NCBI GenBank assembly: GCA_963539845.1
Contig: CAUTML010000002.1
Coordinates: forward strand, 31,372 to 95,371
Direction of reading: 5' to 3'
From: an uncultured Candidatus Saccharibacteria bacterium
Lineage (GTDB): Bacteria; Patescibacteriota; Saccharimonadia; Saccharimonadales; Saccharimonadaceae
DNA length: 64,000 nt
Under the pieces are notes generated by a model. That model saw nothing but the letters and a program-made list of their open reading frames with translations, ran no database searches and was not told the origin of the DNA. The position numbers were made by a program, and so were the translations under genes. Positions 38,395 to 46,537 of the stretch are shown here, piece by piece (position 1 is the first letter of the stretch; each line of letters starts with the position of its first letter).

Positions 38395-39501
38395 CTAAAA
38401 ACCTTCGAAGCCCATTAGCATATTACACATCAGCCTATCTAACATAAGAACGTCAACATTACCAAATCGAATTCGAAGTGGATGATCGGGATCAACAAAA
38501 GTCTGAGGAAAAATATCGATTCGTTTTAATTCTAAAAGCATTTTAAGTTCTTCCGCAGATATTTTATCCACATCACTTGAATTGAATGGATGATTATGCC
38601 AATTACCTTCTTGCATTTGATTTAAATCAACGCCCATATACTCAGTGTAATAGAGATAGACGGTCTTGGTTAATAATGAAGCTTGCATTGGAGCATCCAT
38701 TTGGTCACCGATGTTACCATCAGGCCCAATTAGATCTTTGAACATCGGGGTTTTGCCGAATTTAGCCCACAGAATATAATCTGGTGAGCCTTGTTTGTTG
38801 CGTAGATCGAGCGGAATATTGCGCTCATCCGAATTTGGACTGAGACGCAATGCTCGGGCAAATTCCAGCATTATTTCACGGGTGGTGACTTCTTGATCCC
38901 AATTGCCTTTGTACAAATTGTTATACTGAGCTTTAATACGCACTAGTGGTATAGTATCATCATCATAACTAGAGACAAAATTATCCACGATTTGTTTATC
39001 CGATACTTTTACCCTTCCTGCTCTCACATCATCCCTGTAATCTGGCACCGGGTTAGGATAAGCCGGTGGTAGAGCTTCTCGAACAAAAACACCATCAATG
39101 TCTGTGTTAGTTGATGAACTTTTGAAATGAGAGTCAATCAACACTCGTTTGTTAGCTGGTTGATAGTCTAAACTAAGACCCAGGGCTTCTAGGGAACGAA
39201 GTTTAGCATAACTAGCTCCATTGACAATGGCGATATCTTGATTAGCTTCAGATAAAACAGCTTGTCTGTCGTTGTAATTGACAGTGGCAGTTTTAGTAGC
39301 ATTGTTCCAAGCTACATTAGCGCCTAGGTTTTCTAGGTCACGAATTGGTACCATCGCTCGTCCTTTGATTACCAGAGCTTGTCCTAAGGTTTGACCTTGG
39401 ACTAACACTGGGATGGTTGGATAAGCTTCGTCAGCATAAGTTAGGCCAGTTGTTGCCATAACTAAACTTAATACAGTTGCCATAATTGTTCTTTTTTTCA
39501 T
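38395..39501 (-). CDS. Secreted protein with a copper-amine-oxidase-N-terminal-like (stalk) domain and an unknown C-terminal domain
   Basis: Signal peptide MKKRTIMATVLSLVMATTGLTYA|DEA. The segment VLVQGQTLGQALVIKGRAMVPIRDLENLGANVAWNNATKTATVNYNDRQAVL matches the Cu_amine_oxidN1 repeat pattern common in Firmicutes envelope proteins. Strong SD GGAAGGAGGGAG. Confidence 0.7.
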   Translation of the reverse strand: MKKRTIMATVLSLVMATTGLTYADEAYPTIPVLVQGQTLGQALVIKGRAMVPIRDLENLGANVAWNNATKTATVNYNDRQAVLSEANQDIAIVNGASYAKLRSLEALGLSLDYQPANKRVLIDSHFKSSSTNTDIDGVFVREALPPAYPNPVPDYRDDVRAGRVKVSDKQIVDNFVSSYDDDTIPLVRIKAQYNNLYKGNWDQEVTTREIMLEFARALRLSPNSDERNIPLDLRNKQGSPDYILWAKFGKTPMFKDLIGPDGNIGDQMDAPMQASLLTKTVYLYYTEYMGVDLNQMQEGNWHNHPFNSSDVDKISAEELKMLLELKRIDIFPQTFVDPDHPLRIRFGNVDVLMLDRLMCNMLMGFEGF

Positions 39502-39615
39502 GATATTACTCCCTCCTTCCGCTTATTTAGCGGATAATAATAAAATAAAAAATAATGTGAAAAAATAATTAGCCAACAGTAAAGATTAACCTTGATCTAA
39601 AACTTAAGCTAATTT

Positions 39616-39655
39616 GTTAAAAAACTATTAAAGTCTAATCTAAACTAGACTTTAA
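39616..39655 (-). terminator. Rho-independent terminator after the 256-aa gene
   Basis: Minus strand: TTAAAGTCTA-gtttagat-TAGACTTTAA followed by TAGTTTTTT. Confidence 0.6.
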
Positions 39656-39690
39656 TTTATTATAGCATAAAAGTATGAGGAATGCAATAG

Positions 39691-40461
39691 TTATTTTTTA
39701 AATACAGCGTCTAACTCTTCTTCGCTAGTCGGAAACTCATAGACATCCAAGTCCGAAGTGGGATCTTTGGCGATAGCGTCCTGATGCTTTTGCTTGGCGA
39801 TTTTGAACAATTCAATGGCTTTGGCTCGATCGTATTTAACATATTCAACCGCCAAATCCTGAAAAGTGATATAATCGGCGTTATATTTTTTGGCTTCTTC
39901 CACTAGTTTATCAAGTTTAGCGACGATATCTTTAGCACCCAGTTCCGCCTCCAAGGTGTTTCTAATTTTTGACTGAAGCAGTTCGTTAATTTTGTCATCA
40001 GGTAGCTTTTTGCCATCGTCACTGTTTAAAACATCATTGATTTTTTTGAGGCGCAATTCCGCACGACAAACCCGCTGGCCGAAATCATCACCAGCTCCAT
40101 TACAACGCTTAATATCGAGCTCACCCCCGATGGCTTGATTGGTTTTTTCGATGGCCGTGGCTATTTCTTTACGACGGAGCGCTTCTTCAGCGGCTTTTTT
40201 GTCGTCTTGACGCTTTTTAAGCACTGACCAAACCACTAGTCCAATCACCGCGCAAACCACCATCACCGTGACAACTGATCGAACAGTCCATTTTTTGACT
40301 TTTTTGAGTTCGGTTTTGTTGGTTTCAACTGAAGTGTCTTTAATCTTCTTAGCTGGTTTAGTCGGCCGCACACTAGCTAGCTCCTGCTCCATCGCCTGTT
40401 GCTTAGCTTTTTCCTCAGCCTCGTGGTCAATAACCAGGGTAGTTTTTTTCTTAATCGCCAT
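39691..40461 (-). CDS. Bitopic membrane protein with a Lys/Glu-rich helical ectodomain (unknown)
   Basis: 256 aa with a basic N-terminus, one TM helix (VVTVMVVCAVIGLVVWSVL), charged helical segments and SD AAGGGGA. Confidence 0.65.
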   Translation of the reverse strand: MAIKKKTTLVIDHEAEEKAKQQAMEQELASVRPTKPAKKIKDTSVETNKTELKKVKKWTVRSVVTVMVVCAVIGLVVWSVLKKRQDDKKAAEEALRRKEIATAIEKTNQAIGGELDIKRCNGAGDDFGQRVCRAELRLKKINDVLNSDDGKKLPDDKINELLQSKIRNTLEAELGAKDIVAKLDKLVEEAKKYNADYITFQDLAVEYVKYDRAKAIELFKIAKQKHQDAIAKDPTSDLDVYEFPTSEEELDAVFKK

Positions 40462-40551
40462 ATTATCCCCTTAGATTTAGTTAACTTACTTCTATTTTAA
40501 CATAAGCTTAACAAAACTAAAATAGCAATAATTTTAACCAACGGTAGCTTT

Positions 40552-41208
40552 TTAGCTTAATTGTTGCCAATCAAGCGCCTGCTCTACTCGATAATCAGCA
40601 ATTTGCAAGCGACGCAGGCTCTGACAATACGCCCCCACCCCTAGCGACTGCCCCAAATCAACCGCCAGTGACCGAATATAGGTGCCCGAAGAAACATGAG
40701 TGCGAATGGTCAAACGCGGATAATCATAATCAATCAATTCCAAACTGTAAATCGATACCTGGCGCCTCGGCATTTCGACGGTTTTACCCTGACGTGCCAA
40801 GTGATAAGCTCGCTGACCGTTAATTTTAATAGCGCTAAACACTGGTGGCGTTTGCCAAATTTGCCCCGTTAGCGCTACTAGGGCGCTCTGCACGGTAGCT
40901 AGCGATGGTTGCTGACGCGCTCGATAGCGAAACCGACCCTCAACATCAGCGGTCGAACTGGTTTTGCCCAACACAAAAGTCGCCTGATAAACCTTATCTT
41001 GTTTGGAGAAGTCTTGAGCCCGACGGCACATTTGACCAGTCACCAAAATCAGCAAACCAGTCGCAAACGGATCAAGCGTTCCGGTGTGGCCGACTTTAGC
41101 TTTTTTACCAAGCTGTTGAGATAGCTGATAGCGAACCTTAGCAACCACCCCAAAGCTAGAGATGCCACTGGGTTTATCAACCAATACTAGACTATCGTTT
41201 TGAATCAT
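40552..41208 (-). CDS. truB: tRNA pseudouridine(55) synthase
   Basis: GHTGTLDPFATGLL catalytic Asp motif. 218 aa, short form without a PUA domain. Confidence 0.9.
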   Translation of the reverse strand: MIQNDSLVLVDKPSGISSFGVVAKVRYQLSQQLGKKAKVGHTGTLDPFATGLLILVTGQMCRRAQDFSKQDKVYQATFVLGKTSSTADVEGRFRYRARQQPSLATVQSALVALTGQIWQTPPVFSAIKINGQRAYHLARQGKTVEMPRRQVSIYSLELIDYDYPRLTIRTHVSSGTYIRSLAVDLGQSLGVGAYCQSLRRLQIADYRVEQALDWQQLS

Positions 41209-41214
41209 TTAGCT

Positions 41215-43371
41215 CTACTCCGGAATAACAAATTGGTTTTCCGGAACTGGAGCTTTAGGAGCTGGCTGTTTTAAGCCAATAGCTTGGGCTTCTTGGGGAG
41301 TTAATTGAGCGTTCAAATCTGGTTTAGGCGAAGCCGGAGCGGAGTCAGCTGATGTCAGCGGAGTTGAGGGTGCAGTTGGCGCTGGAGTTGGCGATGTCAC
41401 TGGAGACGAGGCAACGGCGGGCGCTGGGGCTGGCGATGTTGCCGGAGTTGCTGACGCTGGTGCCGTGTTTAAAGCATCAAACGGATTATTGTCAAAACCA
41501 ACTTCCACCGGAGGCAGTCCAGTCATCGTCAACTGATCCAGAGCCGGAGGCATTGGCGGAAGCGGTGGTGGCAAATCCAAACCAGTCGGCATTGGCGGAA
41601 CAGTCGGCGGAGCCACAGGGCTCAGCTCCCGCTCGATTTGCTCAGTAAGCGACGGACCAGTTTCGGGTTGTTTAGCTAGCGGTCGAATAACTTTGCCCGA
41701 TTTCTTTTTTAAATTAGCTCGTTTGGGTTTGGGCGAAGTTTTGGGAGCGGTTGATTCCGTAGCCTGAGGCAAATCAACTGGCGTTTCGAGATAACCACCG
41801 AGTTTATCAGTCGTTAAGTCAGACTTTTTTGAGGTTGATTGAGCCAGAGCGGTTTTGTCATCTGAGTTGTCTAACGAAGTGGAATTAGCAGAAGTCTTGG
41901 TTTGAGGTTCAGCCACCTCCACCGGAGGTTTAACGGCCATTGGAGGCTCAGGCGGTTCAGCTTGTTTCAATTCATCAAGACCGGCCTGGCGAGCCTGATC
42001 GGCTTGAGCCTGACTCTGTTTCATTTTATCCAAAAAAGCTTGTTTAAACTGATTGACTTTGTCCCAAGATTCATCTTTAGTTTTAGCTGAACCAGTTTTT
42101 TGTTCAACAGCCGGAGCCACCGGAGTGGTCGCCTCGCCTAAAGTCGGTTCAGCTGGAGAAATTGGGGCTACGACCGGCGGTTCAATCGGCGCTAACTCTG
42201 GTGCTTCAATTGGCGTTGATTCTGGTGTAGCATCGGTTTTGGGCTGAGAATTTTGAACCATTTTGTCAATCAACTGGTTTAAATCAACCGCTGATTGCTG
42301 AGACTGAGAACTAGCCTCAGCTGGCGCCTTGGCGGTTTGAGCTTCTGGAGCTAAGATTGGGGTGGTCGAAGGCGCTGAGGCGACTACTGGCGCTGACGGT
42401 TCAGTCGATTCAGCTGGAGATTGATTAGTCTCCACCGTTGAAATAGTTTCTTTATGATTAATCACTGCCTCATGTTCTAACTTTTTTTCTGGTTCGGCCG
42501 GAGTTGCTTCAGTCGGAGCGGAAGTCGGCTGATTTTTAAGCTGATTTTGACGGTTATTAAGAGTCTGTTTGAGCTGTTCAATGCGATTCGGCTCGTCTAG
42601 TTCTTTAGCAATTAACTGCTGATTAGCCCCCTGCCCCATCAACACCGCCGCCAAACTCATAATTTCTGGGGTGGTTAAATTATTACTAAACCGCTCGGTA
42701 ATCGACACTAACCCGGTCATCAACGCCGTCGCCACTGAACTATCAATCAATACCGTATCAACTGGTTGACCAGTTTCGTCCAGTTTTGGATCAAGATTGA
42801 GGCTTAAATCAGCCACAATTTGAGCGTAAGATTGCAAAGCCGGTTCTTGCCAGTTCAGATTGCCCAGCTCAGTCAAAGCCGAACCAACCCCAATCGACGC
42901 CACAAAAGCACTATGCAAAATACGTCCGTGCGCCTCGAGAGCTTTATCGAGATCAGCTTGGTTTTGTACCCCTAAAGCAATCACCAAATCCACATTGTAA
43001 TCGCCTTGACTAAACTCCAAATCATCAACCGTCACCGCCCCTTTGCTAGGGGTAATCGACACCCGCACCATACCATCAACCACTTTAGTGCGCACCCGGT
43101 CGGCTTTTTCCGGATTCAAGGCAATAATAAAATCACGCAAACCATCAACTGTTTTATCAAAAAACTTATTAGGCTCAAGAAAATTAAGCACGCTCGGCAC
43201 TTCACCACTGAAAATCGTCGTCACATGATCGTTAGTTTTGTTTAAAATCAAAGTTAAACCTAGCGCCGAAGTCAGCTCGTCAATGGTCGGATTAGCACTC
43301 AGTGCCACCAAAATATTCTCAGATTGCTTGATTTGTTCGATAAGAGCGTCGCGCGCGCTAGTGTTGTTCAT
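41215..43371 (-). CDS. Protein with a degenerate DHH/NrnA-like N-terminal domain and a ~390-aa Pro/Ala/Thr/Ser-rich disordered tail
   Basis: The first ~330 aa are collinear with DHH phosphoesterases that often precede truB, but the DxD and DHH motifs are not visible (SANPTIDELTSALGL). The remainder is low-complexity (PAPAPAVASSPVTSPTPAPTAPSTP…). Confidence 0.55.
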   Translation of the reverse strand: MNNTSARDALIEQIKQSENILVALSANPTIDELTSALGLTLILNKTNDHVTTIFSGEVPSVLNFLEPNKFFDKTVDGLRDFIIALNPEKADRVRTKVVDGMVRVSITPSKGAVTVDDLEFSQGDYNVDLVIALGVQNQADLDKALEAHGRILHSAFVASIGVGSALTELGNLNWQEPALQSYAQIVADLSLNLDPKLDETGQPVDTVLIDSSVATALMTGLVSITERFSNNLTTPEIMSLAAVLMGQGANQQLIAKELDEPNRIEQLKQTLNNRQNQLKNQPTSAPTEATPAEPEKKLEHEAVINHKETISTVETNQSPAESTEPSAPVVASAPSTTPILAPEAQTAKAPAEASSQSQQSAVDLNQLIDKMVQNSQPKTDATPESTPIEAPELAPIEPPVVAPISPAEPTLGEATTPVAPAVEQKTGSAKTKDESWDKVNQFKQAFLDKMKQSQAQADQARQAGLDELKQAEPPEPPMAVKPPVEVAEPQTKTSANSTSLDNSDDKTALAQSTSKKSDLTTDKLGGYLETPVDLPQATESTAPKTSPKPKRANLKKKSGKVIRPLAKQPETGPSLTEQIERELSPVAPPTVPPMPTGLDLPPPLPPMPPALDQLTMTGLPPVEVGFDNNPFDALNTAPASATPATSPAPAPAVASSPVTSPTPAPTAPSTPLTSADSAPASPKPDLNAQLTPQEAQAIGLKQPAPKAPVPENQFVIPE

Positions 43372-43428
43372 GGTTTTGCCTTTTTGTGGGTTAGTTGATG
43401 TTGATTTTTACTATGTAAATATACTTTC

Positions 43429-43457
43429 ATTATATCAAATTTAGTCAATTTTGTCAA
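43429..43457 (-). promoter_or_regulatory. Consensus promoter TTGACA-N17-TATAAT for the 718-aa gene/truB unit
   Basis: Both hexamers are perfect and the spacer was counted by hand. Confidence 0.65.
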
Positions 43458-43550
43458 TAGGATTATGCTAAAACCATTGACCGCTAACCCGCCAAATCGC
43501 CCGTTAGATCCTATTTTGTTGGGCTGTGGGCGGTTTTTGTTTTTTAACTC

Positions 43551-43579
43551 TTTACAAACTAGAGATTTTTTAGTATAAT
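43551..43579 (+). promoter_or_regulatory. rpsT promoter TTTACA-N17-TATAAT
   Basis: Counted by hand. The SD AAAGGAG precedes ATG 43629. Confidence 0.6.
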
Positions 43580-43628
43580 CAGCAGAAGTCAATAAATTAT
43601 TTAATTTTAATAAGCAAAAAGGAGACTA

Positions 43629-43883
43629 ATGCCAATTATTAAATCTGCCACCAAACGGGCGCGCCAATCTGTTAAACGAACCGCTAACAATCGCAAAATC
43701 AAAACTGCGATCAAGACCGCGGTAAAAGCGTTTATCGCTGAACCTAGCCAAAAAAATCTTTCAACCGCCCAAAGCGAGTTTGACAAAGCCGTCAAAAAAG
43801 GCTTGCTCAAGAAAAATACCGCTAGCCGACGCAAGGCTAACCTGTCTAAAATCGCTAAACAAGCTCAACTTAAAATTAAATAA
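43629..43883 (+). CDS. rpsT: 30S ribosomal protein S20
   Basis: MPIIKSATKRARQSVKRTANNRKIK… is a typical S20 N-terminus. Confidence 0.95.
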   Translation: MPIIKSATKRARQSVKRTANNRKIKTAIKTAVKAFIAEPSQKNLSTAQSEFDKAVKKGLLKKNTASRRKANLSKIAKQAQLKIK

Positions 43884-43910
43884 TTAGATTATCTTATTTA
43901 GAAACCTTCT

Positions 43911-43948
43911 AAAACCGCCCTGTTTTATGCTCTAGTGGCGGTTTTTGC
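43911..43948 (+). terminator. rpsT terminator
   Basis: AAACCGCC-(17-nt loop)-GGCGGTTT followed by TTGC. Confidence 0.55.
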
Positions 43949-44065
43949 TTGGTGAGTTGTGCCTCTTGATGACACTTGGTGGCGGTAGCTTCTCCAGTGG
44001 AGGCTTTTGCCTTGGCGGTGGTTTTTTACCTTAATGAAGTTTTTAGCCTTGATGGTACTTTTTAT

Positions 44066-44974
44066 TTAAGCGTCAATTGATTGAGCGATTTGGACAAGAG
44101 CTAATTTGATCAAAGTCCAGTCGTGCTGACCACTAGTTTTGAGTTGTAAATCAGTTTCGGCCAAAATAGTGACCATCTGTTTGATAGTCGGCAGCCTCAG
44201 TCGATTGGCAACATTGGCTAGTTTGCCCGCCACGAATGGATGGAGTTTGAGCTCAGTGGTAGCGACGGCCTTGCCGAGCACTTTAATCATCAATAGATTG
44301 CTGATTTGCCCACTGATTAAGCCAAAAAACTGATAGGCGTTGGCACTAGTGCGATCCATTTCGTCGACAAGCTCAGCAACCGCTAAAGCCCGCCCAGCAA
44401 ACAGCTCATCGACCACTTTGAAGACATTTACTTCCAGCGACGGCGCGATGTATTTTTCGACCATATCGGCGCTGATGGTAGCACTGACAGTGGCGAGCTT
44501 TTCCAGCGCCATATGCCCCGCCCAGCTATCAAGTCCGACCCGATCAACAATCATTCGCGCCACGCCCGGTTGCAATTGCAACTGTAATTGTCGGGCTTCG
44601 GCCTCGAGGTAAGTTGTGGCCTGATGAGCGTCTTTTGGCAGTGGGTAATCTTCCAGCCAGCCAGCTTGTTTGGCGAGTTTAATTAATTTACTACGACCGT
44701 CGGGTTTATTTTCAATCAAAATCAGCGTTAAATCTGGATCGCTAGCTAATTGATCGGCCAGTTCGCCAAGACGTTCCCAGCCGGTTTTGTTGGCTGACAA
44801 TTCATCAATTATTACCGTCCGTTTAGTGCTAAATAGACTCTGTGCCCCCAAAATATCCGCTAGCTCGCCGGCTGTTAGATCACTACCTTGGTAACGAGTA
44901 ATTTCTTCAGTTTCGAACTCGGCAAGCGCCCGTTTAATCAGCCAACTGTTCGGACCAGTGAAAATTTTTAGCAT
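44066..44974 (-). CDS. holA: DNA polymerase III delta subunit
   Basis: 302 aa with holA-like N-terminal (…LFSTKRTVIIDEL…) and C-terminal helical domains. The assignment is by pattern and size. Confidence 0.75.
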   Translation of the reverse strand: MLKIFTGPNSWLIKRALAEFETEEITRYQGSDLTAGELADILGAQSLFSTKRTVIIDELSANKTGWERLGELADQLASDPDLTLILIENKPDGRSKLIKLAKQAGWLEDYPLPKDAHQATTYLEAEARQLQLQLQPGVARMIVDRVGLDSWAGHMALEKLATVSATISADMVEKYIAPSLEVNVFKVVDELFAGRALAVAELVDEMDRTSANAYQFFGLISGQISNLLMIKVLGKAVATTELKLHPFVAGKLANVANRLRLPTIKQMVTILAETDLQLKTSGQHDWTLIKLALVQIAQSIDA

Positions 44975-44977
44975 ATT

Positions 44978-45898
44978 TTAGCCTCGTTTTGATTGCGCGG
45001 AGGTCGATTTGGCTTTTGGTTGATTAGACGCTGGAAATGACTGACAAACCGGACAAATATGCGTACCCCGCCCCGCTACTTTTGATTTAATAATCGGCGT
45101 GCCACACAACCGACACGGCAAACCAGCCCGACCATAAACATAGGCGCCATCGAGATAATTACCGCGTTTGCCATCAGCATCGACGTAATTACGACTACTG
45201 GAACCGCCAGCGTCAATCGATTGTTGCAAAACTTGTTTAATATTATCAGTTAAACGCTCAATTTGCTCCGATGTTAGCTCTGCCGTGAGGGTTTCGGGAT
45301 GAATTCGGCTCAAAAACAAGCTCTCATCAACATAAATATTGCCCAGCCCAGCCACAGTAGTTTGATCGAGCAAAACGGCTTTGATGCAGGATTTAGCCCG
45401 GCGTTGCAAGCGCTTAGCTAATACCTCAGCTGTAAATTGCTTAGTCAGCGGTTCAGGCCCAACTGTTTGAAAAAATGGCAAGTCTTCCACCAGTGGCGTG
45501 GCTAGCAATTTCATCCAGCCGAACTTGCGCTGATCGTTAAAAAACAGTTTCGAGCCATCACTAAATTCCAGTTCGGCGTGGGTAGTTTTATCGGGCAAAT
45601 CACCAATCAGACTGTCATTCGGATGCCCAGCGCCCCAGTTTTCTTCGCCCCGATAAACCAGTTGCCCAGTCATTTTGAGATGGATCACCAGAGAATAATT
45701 AGTATCTAGATCAATGATAATCACCTTGGCGCGACGTCGCACCGCCACGATGCGCGCCCCCAGCAAAAAAGCCTTAATTTCCGGCGGTAAATTAGGAAAG
45801 CTTTTAAAATTATCGCTAGTTGCTTTAGTGATTTGTTTGCGAATAATCAATTTGGACAAGCCACGCTTGACGGTCTCGACCTCAGGCAATTCCGGCAT
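44978..45898 (-). CDS. mutM: Formamidopyrimidine-DNA glycosylase
   Basis: MPELPEVETVKRGL N-terminus, an H2TH region and a C-terminal zinc finger CRLCGTPI…CPVCQ. Confidence 0.9.
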   Translation of the reverse strand: MPELPEVETVKRGLSKLIIRKQITKATSDNFKSFPNLPPEIKAFLLGARIVAVRRRAKVIIIDLDTNYSLVIHLKMTGQLVYRGEENWGAGHPNDSLIGDLPDKTTHAELEFSDGSKLFFNDQRKFGWMKLLATPLVEDLPFFQTVGPEPLTKQFTAEVLAKRLQRRAKSCIKAVLLDQTTVAGLGNIYVDESLFLSRIHPETLTAELTSEQIERLTDNIKQVLQQSIDAGGSSSRNYVDADGKRGNYLDGAYVYGRAGLPCRLCGTPIIKSKVAGRGTHICPVCQSFPASNQPKAKSTSAQSKRG

Positions 45899-46498
45899 TT
45901 AGCGAATTCCTGCTGTCGACAGAATTTTGCTATAGTCAGGGATTTGATTTAAAAACAAGTTTCTATTTTGATCGACACTGGCAGACAACGAACCAGCCGA
46001 GCCTTTGCAAGTCGAGGTCCAAATGTGTGCTAACGAAGTGTTGTTTTGCAAAACATCAAACTCAGTCACAGTGCCAGTAGCACAAATACCGTTAAGATTT
46101 TCGGTTTCAAAGGGTTTGCTTTTTGATAGATTAGTTTTGACTAAAGAATGAACAAACTGCTCGTAAGCCGGTAGGTTATTATCGAGCTGTTTGCTACTGA
46201 TTTGTTCGCCAAGATAGCCTTTGTAAGTGGTGATAGTTCGACTTGATGGCGTAATCAGAATTTGGTAAGAACGAAAATTCTCCTGAGCCACAATTGGACC
46301 ACGCACGGTCATTTTAACGCCACGGCTAGCATCGGTCGCCAGCAAAGCCTGCTCCAGTGCATTAACTTGAGGCTCGGTTTTTTTATTATTTTTTAAAATC
46401 GCCTTACCCAGAGACATCAAGGCAAACACCGCCATAACCACAATCAAAATAATGATTATAATCGGCAAAATCTTCACAAAAGTATCTTTTTTCTTCAT
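45899..46498 (-). CDS. Membrane-anchored hypothetical protein
   Basis: 199 aa with an N-terminal TM helix (ILPIIIIILIVVMAVFALMSL). Its stop abuts the mutM start. Confidence 0.6.
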   Translation of the reverse strand: MKKKDTFVKILPIIIIILIVVMAVFALMSLGKAILKNNKKTEPQVNALEQALLATDASRGVKMTVRGPIVAQENFRSYQILITPSSRTITTYKGYLGEQISSKQLDNNLPAYEQFVHSLVKTNLSKSKPFETENLNGICATGTVTEFDVLQNNTSLAHIWTSTCKGSAGSLSASVDQNRNLFLNQIPDYSKILSTAGIR

Positions 46499-46537
46499 AA
46501 GATAATTTTAAAACTAATCAACAAGATTGTCAATCAG

